NCBI GenBank assembly: GCA_964564825.1
Contig: CAZMBN010000003.1
Span: 12,052 to 76,051, forward strand
DNA length: 64,000 nucleotides
Direction of reading: 5' to 3'
Source of the DNA: an uncultured Opitutales bacterium
GTDB lineage: Bacteria; Verrucomicrobiota; Verrucomicrobiia; Opitutales; Intestinicryptomonadaceae
The notes below the pieces were generated by a model, which had not been told where the DNA came from, made no database searches, and saw nothing but the letters and a program-made list of their open reading frames with translations. Shown here in pieces: positions 1-10,416 of this stretch (positions are counted from its first letter, which is position 1; every line of letters starts with the position of its first letter). The position numbers and the translations under genes were made by a program.

Positions 1-283
1 CGACATGGAAAAGGTACGCCTGGATAAAAACCACTTCCGACGTCGGCTGGACGCCCTGCAACAAGGCTTCGTAAAAGGCGTATGTCTGAAGGGGTTGCAG
101 TACGTTCGGATTTGAAAGATCGTACCCGAAAAAATTCTTGTTGTCGCTCCGGGAACGGTTTCTGTCCCCGAAAAAAGGGACTTGTCCTATGGTGAATACA
201 AACGCGATAATGATGACCACCAACAAAACGCTAAAAACCGATTTATGGTGTTTCTGGAGAACTGTTTGAATCCAAGTAATCAT
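1..283 (-). CDS. PpiD/SurA-N-like periplasmic chaperone (peptidyl-prolyl isomerase family), 5' end only; gene runs off the window
   Basis: Hand translation of the minus strand from ATG 283-281 gives MITWIQTVLQKHHKSVFSVLLVVIIIAFVFTIGQVPFFGDRNRS... A short basic N-terminus followed by one TM helix is the typical PpiD-like start. The frame stays open to base 1, so it is absent from the ORF track. Confidence 0.5.
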   Translation of the reverse strand, partial: MITWIQTVLQKHHKSVFSVLLVVIIIAFVFTIGQVPFFGDRNRSRSDNKNFFGYDLSNPNVLQPLQTYAFYEALLQGVQPTSEVVFIQAYLFHV

Positions 284-422
284 ATTCTATGGGTCTATAT
301 TTTCGAGAGTCCTATGTTCTACGAGCATATACGCGCATGTCAATATTTGAAAAAACGCTGCCGGACTTTCTTCGCCCGTTGCCAAGTAGATACTTGTAAA
401 GTTCCCAACCATACGATTTGAT

Positions 423-2222
423 TTGCCGCCGATGTCGGATTCACACGCAGACAAAATTCCGCGGATAAAAGAGGTATCCGCTCTGATCCTGTGTGCGGGC
501 TACGGTACGCGGTTGCGGCCGCTCACGGACATAGTGCCGAAGCCCCTCCTGCCGGTCGGGGGGAAACCCCTGCTGTTATCCATCGTCTCCCGCCTGTCGA
601 AATGCGGAGTCCGGAGATTTTTCGTCAATACATTCCATTTGCACGGTATTTTCGAGACGGAACTCGCCGAAATGTTCGGCAATCCGGATTTCGACGCCGC
701 CTTAAAGCTCAAAAAATTTTCCGCAACCCTTCCCGGGGGCGATGCGGAAATATTCGTCCTGCCGGAATACCCGACAGTGCTTGACACGGGCGGCGCGGTG
801 AAAAACGCCGCGAAATACGCGGACTGCTCCAATCCGTTGATAGTCCACAACGGCGACATAGACTTCAATACGGACTTACGCCCGTTTACGGAATTTGCAA
901 CGCAGTCGGACGGAGATACCGCCGCAACGCTGTGCCTAAGGGACGGGGAGGACGGCAACGTATGCGTGCGCGGCGGAAATGTTGTGGACATGAGGTTTAC
1001 ATTGGGGGCGCGGTACGATAAAAGATGCGTCTTTACCGGATTGTTCGTGGCGCATCCGCCGTTGTTGCGCGCCGCGTTGAATACGCCTGCCGACAAATTT
1101 TCCAATGTCGACCTGTTTTTAAGGATAATTTCGGGCGGAAAATATAAAATAACGGCGTACTTTGAAAACTCCGGCGTGTGGAACGACATAGGCGACCACA
1201 CCGCATACCTAAGGGTAAACAAAAACGCTCCGCAAACAAAATTCGACAGACTCGCGCTGCTTTGCAAATCCGGATTCGAGGCGCGCAACCCCGCCTTCAT
1301 AGACAAAGGGGCGTCGACCCGCCACTTCATCCGCTTTTCCCGTTTCCCGGGGAAAAATTACGTGGCGTGCTTCTACGGAAAAGAAAAATTGGAGGACAAT
1401 CTATACGCCGACATCGCGCGCTTCCTGCTATCGAGCGGAGTATCCGTACCGGAAATCATCCACGAGAACAAGGGAATCGGAATGTTTGTGATGGAGGACG
1501 CCGGAACGGTCGATTTATCGGAAATAAAAAAGGGGGAAGCCAACCGCACAACCCTGTACAAATCCTTTATGGGGGAATTAAAAAAAATACACACGGTTGC
1601 GACAAAACGTTTTGCGGAAAACCCCGTAAAACTGATGCCGGGCTTCGACGAAAAGCTGTACGGATGGGAGCAAAAATACTTTTTCGACAACTGCGTAAAA
1701 GCCGAATTCAACCTCGACGACCCTCTCCCCGCGGAGGAATTTGAACTACTCAGACGCAAACTCACTGAATCGCCGCAAACTCTCGTCCACAGGGATGCCC
1801 AATCCCAAAACGCCATGGTCGCCGGAGACAGGGTGACCCTTATCGATTTCCAAGGGATGAGATTCGGTTCGCCGATGTACGACGTCGCCTCCGTCCTTTT
1901 CGATCCGTACGTGGAATTTTCCGACGACGACCGCAGGGAGTTGTTCAATTTCTACACCGGCGGAGGTTCGTCCGCCGCCTACTCCGCAACCCGGGAGCTC
2001 CTCTACGTCGCCGCGGTCGAACGGCTCCTTCAGGCGTTGGGCGCGTACGGATTTTTGTCCAACTCGAGGGGGTTAAGACACTATAAAAAATATTTCCGCC
2101 CGGCTTTGGAAAATTTGCAAGTCTGCGCGCTGCGCGCCGGATTTCAAAAAATAAGAAACCTCGCCTTAAAGTGTCTGGACGTACTCGGCGGGCGGGCCGC
2201 CCGCCGGAAACCTGCGCCATAA
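423..2222 (+). CDS. Fusion protein: sugar-1-phosphate nucleotidyltransferase (MurU-like) + APH-fold anomeric sugar kinase (AmgK-like)
   Basis: 599-aa ORF. The N-terminal ~230 aa carry the nucleotidyltransferase glycine-rich loop LILCAGYGTRLRPLTDIVPKPLLPVGGKPLL. The C-terminal ~330 aa carry the APH/choline-kinase-type catalytic loop LVHRDAQSQNAMV and IDFQGMRFGSPMYDVASVL. The track start is TTG 423; ATG at 432 is equally possible. Confidence 0.8.
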   Translation: MPPMSDSHADKIPRIKEVSALILCAGYGTRLRPLTDIVPKPLLPVGGKPLLLSIVSRLSKCGVRRFFVNTFHLHGIFETELAEMFGNPDFDAALKLKKFSATLPGGDAEIFVLPEYPTVLDTGGAVKNAAKYADCSNPLIVHNGDIDFNTDLRPFTEFATQSDGDTAATLCLRDGEDGNVCVRGGNVVDMRFTLGARYDKRCVFTGLFVAHPPLLRAALNTPADKFSNVDLFLRIISGGKYKITAYFENSGVWNDIGDHTAYLRVNKNAPQTKFDRLALLCKSGFEARNPAFIDKGASTRHFIRFSRFPGKNYVACFYGKEKLEDNLYADIARFLLSSGVSVPEIIHENKGIGMFVMEDAGTVDLSEIKKGEANRTTLYKSFMGELKKIHTVATKRFAENPVKLMPGFDEKLYGWEQKYFFDNCVKAEFNLDDPLPAEEFELLRRKLTESPQTLVHRDAQSQNAMVAGDRVTLIDFQGMRFGSPMYDVASVLFDPYVEFSDDDRRELFNFYTGGGSSAAYSATRELLYVAAVERLLQALGAYGFLSNSRGLRHYKKYFRPALENLQVCALRAGFQKIRNLALKCLDVLGGRAARRKPAP

Positions 2223-2267
2223 AATGGTTGAAATGGATTCTCCGTTATTCAGAATAAGCCGCCTGTT

Positions 2268-3530
2268 ATGATAGATGTTAGGATTTTAAGGGAACAACCG
2301 GAACTCTTAAAGAGCAAAATAGCCCTAAAAAAATTCGACTGCGATATCGATGCAATAATAGCCTTTGATGCCGAGCGCCGCAAGGCCGTGGGCGATTTCG
2401 AGGAGGCAAGGGCGGCGCAAAACGTTGCAAGCAGGGAAATGTCGCGCCTTCCTAGGGATTCGCGGGAATTTAGGGAAAAACTTTCCGAGATGAAGGTTGT
2501 CTCGGCAAGAGTAAAGGAACTCGAAGCCGCGGCGGGCAAAGCGGAGAGAAAATGGAAGCGGATGCTGCTTACCATACCCAACATGCCCGACGACTCCTCC
2601 CCCGTCGGACGCACGGATAAGGACAACGTGTGCGTTTACGAGTGGGGGGACGTCTCGTCCATAAAAAACGCCGTTCCCCACTGGGAATTGAAATTTTTCA
2701 ATCCGATGCTCGACTTTGAACGCGGAGTAAAGGTTGCTGGAGCGGGCTTTCCATTTTACGTGGGGGATATGGCGCGCCTAGTGAGGTCGCTGTTGTCGTT
2801 GTTCCTCGAAGAGGCCCGTTCCAACGGATACAAAGAGATGATGTGCCCCATAATGGTCAACGCCGCGAGCGCCACGGCCACGGGACAGCTTCCCGACAAA
2901 GAGGGGCAGATGTACCATACTTCCCAGGACGACCTTTACATGATTCCGACCGCCGAACTTCCCTTGACGAATTTCTATAGGGATGAAATTTTCGACGAGA
3001 GCCGGTTGCCGGTCTACACGTGCGGATACACCCCGTGTTTTCGCCGGGAGGCTGGAAGTTGGGGCAAGGACGTAAGGGGGCTGAACCGCCTGCACCAATT
3101 CGACAAAGTCGAATTGGTAAAGTTGGTCCACCCCGACAGGAGCATGGAGGAGCTTGAGAAATTGAGGCTCGACGCCGAAGGCGTTCTAAAAAAACTAAAA
3201 TTGCCGTACCGGGTATTGTCCATATGCACGGGCGATATGGGATTTCCCCACGCGAAACAGTTCGATTTGGAGGTTTGGGCCGCCGGACAGCGCAAATGGC
3301 TCGAAGTCTCAAGCTGTTCTTGCTTTACGGATTTCCAGGCGCGGAGGGCGAATATCCGCTTTAAGCCGACCGACGGCGGAAAACTCCGCAACGTACACAC
3401 GTTAAACGGTTCCGGACTTGCCGTTCCCAGGGTGCTTGCGGCGCTGCTTGAAAACGGCGTGCGCGACGACGGCAAAGTGGAAATTCCCGAAGTACTACGC
3501 AAATGGTATGGTGCGGAAACGATAGGCTAA
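2268..3530 (+). CDS. serS: Seryl-tRNA synthetase
   Basis: 420 aa. Start [15 protein letters not shown]; class II motifs [12 protein letters not shown] and [16 protein letters not shown]. Confidence 0.95.
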   Translation: MIDVRILREQPELLKSKIALKKFDCDIDAIIAFDAERRKAVGDFEEARAAQNVASREMSRLPRDSREFREKLSEMKVVSARVKELEAAAGKAERKWKRMLLTIPNMPDDSSPVGRTDKDNVCVYEWGDVSSIKNAVPHWELKFFNPMLDFERGVKVAGAGFPFYVGDMARLVRSLLSLFLEEARSNGYKEMMCPIMVNAASATATGQLPDKEGQMYHTSQDDLYMIPTAELPLTNFYRDEIFDESRLPVYTCGYTPCFRREAGSWGKDVRGLNRLHQFDKVELVKLVHPDRSMEELEKLRLDAEGVLKKLKLPYRVLSICTGDMGFPHAKQFDLEVWAAGQRKWLEVSSCSCFTDFQARRANIRFKPTDGGKLRNVHTLNGSGLAVPRVLAALLENGVRDDGKVEIPEVLRKWYGAETIG

Positions 3531-3549
3531 CCATCCAACTGTAGATTCT

Positions 3550-4884
3550 ATGTTTGAAAACCTTACAGAGGGCATACTAAAAGCCTTCCGGAACATCAGG
3601 GGGACGTCTAAGCTCACGGAGACCAACATGGCCGAGGCCCTCTCCGAGGTGAGAAAGGCGCTGCTATCGGCGGACGTCCATTTCAAGGTTGCGCGAGAGT
3701 TTTGCGAAAGGGTCGGCACGAAGGCGGTTGGAACGGACATATTAAAATCTGTAACCCCGTTTCAGCAGTTGATAAAAATAGTAAGCGACGAACTCGGGGC
3801 GTTGTTGGGGGCGGGATCGACGCAATTGTCCGCCGTCAGACCCCTGAAAATAATGCTCGTTGGCCTCCATGGATCGGGGAAAACGACAACCGCGGCGAAG
3901 TTGGCGAACCTGCTGCGGAAACAGGGGCTGTCTCCGGCGTTAATTGCGTGCGACATTTACCGCCCCGCGGCGATAGACCAGCTCGAAACGCTCGCAAAGA
4001 GCGTCGCCTCCCCGGTATATCTCGACAGGGACGAAAAAAACACGGTTTCCCTGGCGAAGAAACTCGGCGACAGAGCGTTGTCCGACGGCGCAAACGCGCT
4101 GGTATTCGATACGGCGGGCAGACTGCAGATAGACGCGCCGTTGATAGCGGAAATATCCGAAATGCGCGCCGCAATACTCCCCGCGGAGGTGCTGTTGGTG
4201 GCCGATTCCGCCCTGGGACAGGAGGCGGTGAGCATTGCGAAAGCCTTTAACGAAGCCCTCGGACTTACCGGCGCGGTCCTAACAAAACTCGACGGAGACG
4301 CAAGGGGCGGGGCGGCGTTGTCCATTAAGGCGGTGTCCGGAGTGCCGATAAAATTCGTTGGAACGGGGGAAAAGCCCGACGAATTCGAAGTATTCCACCC
4401 CGACAGAATGGCCGGCAGGATACTCGGCATGGGCGATATCGTATCCCTGGTTGAAAAAGCCCAGGAGACCTTGGATGGGGACGACGCAAAAAAAATGGCG
4501 GAGAAGTTCCGCAAAGCGGAATTCGATTTTGAAGATTTTCTCGCGCAAATGCGGCAGATAAAAAAACTCGGTTCGCTCGGTGGCATCATGAAAATGATCC
4601 CGGGAATGGGGGGTATAAACATAGGGAATCGCGAAGAACGCATGATGGACAAGGCGAAAGCCATAATACTCTCGATGACGCCGAAAGAAAGACGCAATCC
4701 GTCGATTTTAAACGCGCGCAGGAAACTACGTATAGCCGGAGGTTCGGGAACGGAGGTAAGGGACATAAACCTGCTTCTTAAGCGGTTCGAGGCTATGCGA
4801 AAAGTTATGAAAATAATGAAGGGGGGAAAGGGCAGGCATCGAATGGAGCAAATCGTGTCCGCCATAAGAAACCGGCCCTTCTAA
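3550..4884 (+). CDS. ffh: Signal recognition particle protein Ffh
   Basis: 444 aa. P-loop [31 protein letters not shown], and a Met-rich M domain at the C-terminus. Confidence 0.95.
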   Translation: MFENLTEGILKAFRNIRGTSKLTETNMAEALSEVRKALLSADVHFKVAREFCERVGTKAVGTDILKSVTPFQQLIKIVSDELGALLGAGSTQLSAVRPLKIMLVGLHGSGKTTTAAKLANLLRKQGLSPALIACDIYRPAAIDQLETLAKSVASPVYLDRDEKNTVSLAKKLGDRALSDGANALVFDTAGRLQIDAPLIAEISEMRAAILPAEVLLVADSALGQEAVSIAKAFNEALGLTGAVLTKLDGDARGGAALSIKAVSGVPIKFVGTGEKPDEFEVFHPDRMAGRILGMGDIVSLVEKAQETLDGDDAKKMAEKFRKAEFDFEDFLAQMRQIKKLGSLGGIMKMIPGMGGINIGNREERMMDKAKAIILSMTPKERRNPSILNARRKLRIAGGSGTEVRDINLLLKRFEAMRKVMKIMKGGKGRHRMEQIVSAIRNRPF

Positions 4885-4943
4885 GGCCGGGAACCGCGAG
4901 AGAATCCGAAGTATCGGGAACGGCGTCCCCCCGCAAGGGCTTT

Positions 4944-6638
4944 TTACGCGGAGGGATTCAACCTGTTGTATGCCGATACGAGTCCTTTCAATCCCGCGGC
5001 CTCGATGCTCGAATCCACACCGACGCCCCACACGCTTCTTCCGTCTACAAGGGACTCCAAACATATGTACGCCGCGGAATTTGTCGCCGAACCCCTCCCT
5101 ATGGCGTGGGACCGGTAGTCCGTAAGTTTGAAATTCTTCATCGAGTTTTCCGCAAAGGCGTTAACGAGCGCGTTTATCGGACCGTTGCCGTGCGCGCTAA
5201 CGTGTTTTTCGCCGCCGCGCACCGAAAGGCGGGCGTTGATACATATGTCTTTCGGTGAATCCCCGTCGGAATCGCTGGACGATACCTTGTACGACTCCAG
5301 TTTTACGGGGGTCTGGCGTCCAACGAACTCCTTCGAGAATATCGAAAATATTTCGTCGGGGCTGAGCTCGCGTCCGAGCCTGTCGGCTTCGGCGTTTACA
5401 AAGTCGCCGACTTCCTGGTGCATGGGCTTGGGGAGATCGTAACCGAAGTCCGAGCAAAGTATGTACGCAACGCCGCCCTTTCCGCTCTGGGAATTTATCC
5501 TTATAATGGCTTCGTAGGAACATCCGATGTCGGTCGGATCGATCAAAAGATACGGGACCTCCCACTTGTCGATATGCAGTTTGCCGCGCAAATCCATTCC
5601 CTTCTTTATGGCGTCCTGGTGCGAGCCGCTAAAAGCCGTAAAGACCAAGTCACCGGCGTACGGGTGGCGCGGGGGAACCCGCATTCCGGTACAGCTCTCG
5701 TATATACGCCGGATTCCCGGCAGATTCGTAAAATCGAGACCGCAATCGACCCCCTCCGCATACATGTTCAACGCGACGGTTACTATGTCCAAATTTCCCG
5801 TACGTTCTCCGTTCCCGAAAAGCGTGCCCTCAACGCGGTCGGCTCCCGCCATTATTCCAAGTTCCGTTGCGGCGACTCCCGTCCCGCGGTCGTTGTGGGT
5901 ATGCAGGCTTATCTCCACCTTTTCGCGTTCTGATATGTTTCTGCCCATCCACTCTATCTGGTCCGCGTAGACGTTCGGCGACCTATACTGCACGGTTTCC
6001 GGCAGGTTGATTATGAGTTTGTTGTCGACGGTGGGTCTCCATATTTCCTTGACGGCTTCGCAAATTTCAAGGGCGAAATCGAGTTCGGTGTCGCTGAAAC
6101 TTTCGGGGGAGTACTCCATGCGGATCCGCGAACCGGACGCTTCGAGCCGGTCTGCCATTCCCCTTATTTGCCTCGCCCCCCTCTCGGCAATGTCCACAAT
6201 CTGGCCGCGGGTCATATTGAACGTGACCTTGCGCTGGAGCGCCGACGTACTGTTGTACAGGTGTACTATCGCTTTTTTACATCCCTTAAGGGCGTCGAAA
6301 GTCCTGTCTATGAGATGTTCCCTGCTCTGCGTGAGCACCTGCAGCGAGACATCGTCGGGAACGAGGTTTTCGTCTATGAGTTTGCGGATGAATTTAAACT
6401 CCGTTTCGCTGGCCGCGGGGAATCCGACTTCGATCTCTTTAAAACCTATTTTTAAAAGTTCGTTGTACAAAACCATTTTTGAATCGACGTCCATAGGAAC
6501 GGCAAGCGCCTGGTTGCCGTCGCGCAAATCCACGCTGCACCATATCGGAGCCTTGACGATCTTGTTGTCCGGCCACCTTCTATCCGGTAATTTCACGTCG
6601 AAGTGGCGTCCGTACTTTCCTGTATTGCTGCTGTTCAT
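4944..6638 (-). CDS. leuA: 2-isopropylmalate synthase (long form)
   Basis: 564 aa. WCSVDLRDGNQAL and HTHNDRGTGVA motifs of the HMGL-like fold, plus a C-terminal LeuA regulatory domain. Confidence 0.93.
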   Translation of the reverse strand: MNSSNTGKYGRHFDVKLPDRRWPDNKIVKAPIWCSVDLRDGNQALAVPMDVDSKMVLYNELLKIGFKEIEVGFPAASETEFKFIRKLIDENLVPDDVSLQVLTQSREHLIDRTFDALKGCKKAIVHLYNSTSALQRKVTFNMTRGQIVDIAERGARQIRGMADRLEASGSRIRMEYSPESFSDTELDFALEICEAVKEIWRPTVDNKLIINLPETVQYRSPNVYADQIEWMGRNISEREKVEISLHTHNDRGTGVAATELGIMAGADRVEGTLFGNGERTGNLDIVTVALNMYAEGVDCGLDFTNLPGIRRIYESCTGMRVPPRHPYAGDLVFTAFSGSHQDAIKKGMDLRGKLHIDKWEVPYLLIDPTDIGCSYEAIIRINSQSGKGGVAYILCSDFGYDLPKPMHQEVGDFVNAEADRLGRELSPDEIFSIFSKEFVGRQTPVKLESYKVSSSDSDGDSPKDICINARLSVRGGEKHVSAHGNGPINALVNAFAENSMKNFKLTDYRSHAIGRGSATNSAAYICLESLVDGRSVWGVGVDSSIEAAGLKGLVSAYNRLNPSA

Positions 6639-6658
6639 TTATATTGTCCCCTTTCGTT

Positions 6659-6692
6659 AAAAAATCGGCGCGAATCCCGGGGGAAACGCGCC
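6659..6692 (-). terminator. Rho-independent terminator-like hairpin after ugd
   Basis: Minus strand reads GGCGCG-TTTCCCCCGGGATT-CGCGCC then GATTTTTT. It sits only 20 nt upstream of the leuA ATG. Confidence 0.55.
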
Positions 6693-6719
6693 AGCCTTAA
6701 AATTCCATAAATCAAAAAG

Positions 6720-8084
6720 CTACACGATACTCCCCTTCCCTATTCCGCGAAGCGAGAATCCGAGTTTCAATAGAAGTCGATGGTCGAGGCAGTTGCGGCC
6801 GTCGAATATCCACGCGGGATTTAACATGGTACCCCTTATTTTTTTATAATCCAAGTTTTTAAATTCCCCCCACGGTGTCAATAAAACAATTGCGTGCGCG
6901 CCCCGCGCCGCGTCGTAAGGCGTCCGGCAAAATTCGATCCGGGCGTCGTCCTGCGGAATTCCCAAATCCCGGCATATCTGCGAAGCGGAGACTTGGGGGT
7001 CGTAAAAAGCCAAATGCGCATGTTCGCAAAGGAAATCCTTGCATACGTCTATTGCGGGGGATTCGCGGGTGTCGTTGGTATCCTCCTTAAAAGCAAAACC
7101 GAAGATTGCTATCCTCTTGCCGCGTATGTTGCGGAATAGGGAGTCGACAACGGACTTCGCAAAACGATGTTTCTGGTACGCGTTTATTTCAACCACCCCG
7201 CGCCAGTATTTCGCAATTTCCGGCAGGTTGAAATACTCGCACAAATAGACCAAATTCAACAGGTCTTTCTGGAAGCACGACCCTCCGTACCCCACGGAAC
7301 TCTTCAGAAACTTTGAACCTATGCGCGAATCGGAACCGACGGCGCACGCCACCTCGTCGATATCCGCCTTGGTGACCTCGCACAGCGCGCTTATCGCGTT
7401 TATCGAACTTATACGCTGCGCCAAGAACGCATTTGCCGTAAGTTTGCTAAGTTCGCTGGACCACAGGTTTGTCTTTAATATTCTGTCGCGGGGCACCCAA
7501 CGCGCATAGATAGACGCCAGAGTCTCCATTGCGGCGCAACCCTCGAGGGTATCCTCGTCGCCGCCTATCAAAATGCGGTCCGGACTTTCCAAATCCTTCA
7601 TCGCGGTGCCTTCGGCAAGGAATTCCGGATTCGACAAAACTTGAAATCCCGGTCCCGAGGACTCCAATATCGATTTTATCACATCGGCGGTCCGCACGGG
7701 CATGGTAGATTTTTCCACCACTATTTTCCCCCCCCTCGAAACCCCCGCTATGCGTCTGGCGCACGATTCCACATAGCTTATGTCGGTTGCGCTTCCCGCC
7801 CCGTATCCGTAGGTTTTGGTTGGCGTGTTTACGGAGATAAAAATTATATCCGCCGCGTCTATTGCGGAATCTATATCGGTGCTGAAAAAGAGGTTTTTAC
7901 CGCGAACTTTGCGGACAATTTCGTCGAGACCGGGTTCGAAAACGGGGAGTTTGTCGGAATTCCATGCGGAGATTTTTTTTTCGTCGACGTCCACAACGTC
8001 CACCGTCAGGTCGGGGCACTTGTGGGCGAACATCGTCATTGTAGGACCGCCTACATACCCCGCACCTATGCAGCAAATCCTCAT
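6720..8084 (-). CDS. ugd: UDP-glucose 6-dehydrogenase
   Basis: 454 aa. Rossmann start [15 protein letters not shown] and catalytic Cys motif GGSCFQKD. The start lies 2 nt after the argG stop. Confidence 0.93.
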   Translation of the reverse strand: MRICCIGAGYVGGPTMTMFAHKCPDLTVDVVDVDEKKISAWNSDKLPVFEPGLDEIVRKVRGKNLFFSTDIDSAIDAADIIFISVNTPTKTYGYGAGSATDISYVESCARRIAGVSRGGKIVVEKSTMPVRTADVIKSILESSGPGFQVLSNPEFLAEGTAMKDLESPDRILIGGDEDTLEGCAAMETLASIYARWVPRDRILKTNLWSSELSKLTANAFLAQRISSINAISALCEVTKADIDEVACAVGSDSRIGSKFLKSSVGYGGSCFQKDLLNLVYLCEYFNLPEIAKYWRGVVEINAYQKHRFAKSVVDSLFRNIRGKRIAIFGFAFKEDTNDTRESPAIDVCKDFLCEHAHLAFYDPQVSASQICRDLGIPQDDARIEFCRTPYDAARGAHAIVLLTPWGEFKNLDYKKIRGTMLNPAWIFDGRNCLDHRLLLKLGFSLRGIGKGSIV

Positions 8085-8086
8085 CG

Positions 8087-9346
8087 CTATTCTTTTACCA
8101 ATCCGGTCTTCGTAGCGAAAGCGTCCTTGGGTACGCCCTGTTTACGGGCGCGTTGACGCAGCCGCAAGGACTGCAGTCTTATGAAACCGGTGGCGTCGTT
8201 CTGGTTGTATTCGCTCTTCACCCCCTCCATGCTGGCGATGTTGGCGTCGTACAGACTGAGCGGACTTTTCCTTCCTACGCACACCACGGAACCCTTGTAA
8301 AGTTTTAGGCGGACGGTTCCGCTTATGTTTTCCTGGCTTTTGTTTATGAACGCTTGGAGAGCCTCCCTCTCCGGCGAATACCAGAAGCCGTTGTAGATCA
8401 ATTCCGCGTACTTTGGGATAAGTTGATCGCGCAAATGCATCAGTTCCCTATCCATCGTAATGGATTCCATTTGCCTATGCGCATTTTCGAGTATCGTACC
8501 ACCGGGCGTCTCGTAGACGCCCCTGCTCTTCATGCCAACAAACCGGTTTTCCACCAAGTCGACCCTGCCCACGCCGTGTTTGCCGCCGAGCTCGTTTAAG
8601 GTTCGGAGTACGTCGCTGGGTTTCATTTTCCGCCCGTTAACGGCGGTACAATCGCCGTTAACGAATTCGAGTTCTAGGTACTCCGGCTCGTCGGGAGCGT
8701 CCTGGGGATCCGCCGTGAGCTTAAACATCGCCTTGTTCTCTCCGACGGTCGGATCGAACCACGGGTCTTCGAGTATTCCCGCCTCGTAGGAAATATGGAG
8801 CATATTCCTGTCCATCGAATAGGGCTTTTTCGTCGAAGCCTCGACGCGTATTCCATGGCTTCGGCAATATTCTATCATTTCGCTCCTGCCCGGAAACGTT
8901 GCGCGAAAATCATCCAACCGCCATGGGGAAATTATTTTCAAGTCGGGGGCGAGCGCCGCGTAGGAAATTTCAAAACGGCATTGGTCGTTCCCTTTTCCGG
9001 TGGCCCCGTGCGCAACGGCGTCGGCATTCTCCGCCCTGGCCACCTCTATTTGGGCCTTGGCTATGAGCGGGCGCGCTATGGACGTTCCCAAAAAATACTG
9101 CCCTTCGTATATCGCGTTGGCGCGTATCATCGGGTATATGAAGTCCGAAACAAATTCGTCCTGCAAATCGAGCGTATAATGGGCGGAAGCCCCCGTGGCC
9201 TTGGCCTTCTCGGCAAGTCCCGTCAATTCCTCCCCCTGCCCGATGTTCGCCGCAAAGGTCACCACTTCCGCATTGAAGCGGTCTTTAATCCATTTTACTA
9301 TCACGGAGGTGTCGAGACCTCCCGAATATGCGAGTACTACTTTCAT
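8087..9346 (-). CDS. argG: Argininosuccinate synthase
   Basis: 419 aa. ATP-pyrophosphatase motif [12 protein letters not shown], full length. Confidence 0.95.
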   Translation of the reverse strand: MKVVLAYSGGLDTSVIVKWIKDRFNAEVVTFAANIGQGEELTGLAEKAKATGASAHYTLDLQDEFVSDFIYPMIRANAIYEGQYFLGTSIARPLIAKAQIEVARAENADAVAHGATGKGNDQCRFEISYAALAPDLKIISPWRLDDFRATFPGRSEMIEYCRSHGIRVEASTKKPYSMDRNMLHISYEAGILEDPWFDPTVGENKAMFKLTADPQDAPDEPEYLELEFVNGDCTAVNGRKMKPSDVLRTLNELGGKHGVGRVDLVENRFVGMKSRGVYETPGGTILENAHRQMESITMDRELMHLRDQLIPKYAELIYNGFWYSPEREALQAFINKSQENISGTVRLKLYKGSVVCVGRKSPLSLYDANIASMEGVKSEYNQNDATGFIRLQSLRLRQRARKQGVPKDAFATKTGLVKE

Positions 9347-9453
9347 TTTATCGAAGAATCTTCGCCGAAACTAATTATTTTCGTATTATTGAAAAGCTTT
9401 TTATTTTTCCCCGGCGTATTCCGACGGCGCGGGACGAACGGGCAAACACCGGG

Positions 9454-10416
9454 TCAATCGGCTTTCCGCCCACGTCCGTTCTTCGACGCCAAGACGCTCA
9501 ATACGGCCTTTTGGACATGAAGGCGGTTCTCCGCCTGGTCGAATACGATGCTGCGGGGACCGCGTAACACGTCTTCGCTGACCTCCTCGCCCGCGTGCGC
9601 CGGCAAACAGTGCATGAATACGGAGTTTTTCGACGCCAGGGAGAACAGCTTCTCGTTCACCTGGTAGGCGGACATCGCTTTGACGCGTTCGGACACCTCC
9701 TTCTCCTTGCCCATGCTGACCCATACGTCGGTATACAGGACGTCGGCTCCGCGCGCCGCGGTTTCCGGATCGGGACAAAAGGTATAGTTGGCAAGCAACC
9801 CGGCGGATGCGAACAGGGAGTCCAGGACGGAACCGGGTTTAAAATCTTCGGGTCCGCAAAGAACCACATTCATGCCGAGCATGGAGCCCGCCAACGCCAG
9901 CGAATAAGCCATGTTGCAGGCGGTGTCGCCGAAGAACGCGAGCTTCCTGTCTTTTAGGGAATTTACGTCGGGAACACCGCCCCCGAAATGCTCCATTATG
10001 GTGAACATGTCGGAATAACTTTGGCAGGGGTGCAGAAGATCGGTTAGCGCGTTCACGACGGGTATGCCGGAATATTTGGCGAAATCCTCGACTATGTCCT
10101 GTCCGAAGGCGCGTATTACCAATCCGTGCAGGAAGCGTCCCATTATCCTTGCAGTGTCCTCCACGGTCTCCCCCCGCGACATTTGGAGATCGGACGAGTT
10201 TATGACCATGGGGTGCCCTCCCAGCTCGTAGACCCCGGCCTCGAAAGACAAGCGCGTGCGGGTGCTTCTCTTGAAGAATATCAATCCCCAACTTTCCCCG
10301 TGCAGCACGTCCGCAATCCCCTTCGAACGCGTAGTCTTGTAACGGTGCGCCAAATCGAAAATTTCGGCGGCCTCCGGGAGGGTGAAATCCGTATCTTTTA
10401 AAAACGACCTTGTCAT
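9454..10416 (-). CDS. argF: Ornithine carbamoyltransferase
   Basis: 320 aa. Motifs STRTRLSFEAG, HPCQ, DVWVSMG and HCLP. Confidence 0.9.
   Translation of the reverse strand: MTRSFLKDTDFTLPEAAEIFDLAHRYKTTRSKGIADVLHGESWGLIFFKRSTRTRLSFEAGVYELGGHPMVINSSDLQMSRGETVEDTARIMGRFLHGLVIRAFGQDIVEDFAKYSGIPVVNALTDLLHPCQSYSDMFTIMEHFGGGVPDVNSLKDRKLAFFGDTACNMAYSLALAGSMLGMNVVLCGPEDFKPGSVLDSLFASAGLLANYTFCPDPETAARGADVLYTDVWVSMGKEKEVSERVKAMSAYQVNEKLFSLASKNSVFMHCLPAHAGEEVSEDVLRGPRSIVFDQAENRLHVQKAVLSVLASKNGRGRKAD

Noticed and set aside
182-421. 79-aa plus-strand ORF upstream of the MurU/AmgK gene.
   Set aside because: It overlaps the better-supported minus-strand PpiD-like N-terminus (1-283). It has no motif, SD or homology features.
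500-1330. Long antisense or out-of-frame ORFs inside recognised genes. This one is 276 aa. Others of the same class are 3957-4865(-), 15433-16401(+), 27703-28365(+), 27734-28375(-), 31365-32420(-), 35772-36515(-), 42163-43260(-), 44174-45097(-), 44197-45138(+), 47166-48188(+), 47985-48836(-), 49694-50446(-), 51046-52101(+) and 20698-21483(+).
   Set aside because: Each lies within or opposite a gene with an unmistakable conserved product. Their translations are Arg/Pro/Gly/Ser-rich low-complexity strings with no recognisable motifs. These are the shadow ORFs expected in GC-biased coding DNA.
9347-9453. ARG boxes (ArgR operators) in the AT-rich argF-argG spacer and upstream of argC (14925-15030).
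   Set aside because: I could find no 18-bp palindrome resembling TNTGAATWWWWATTCANW in either region.
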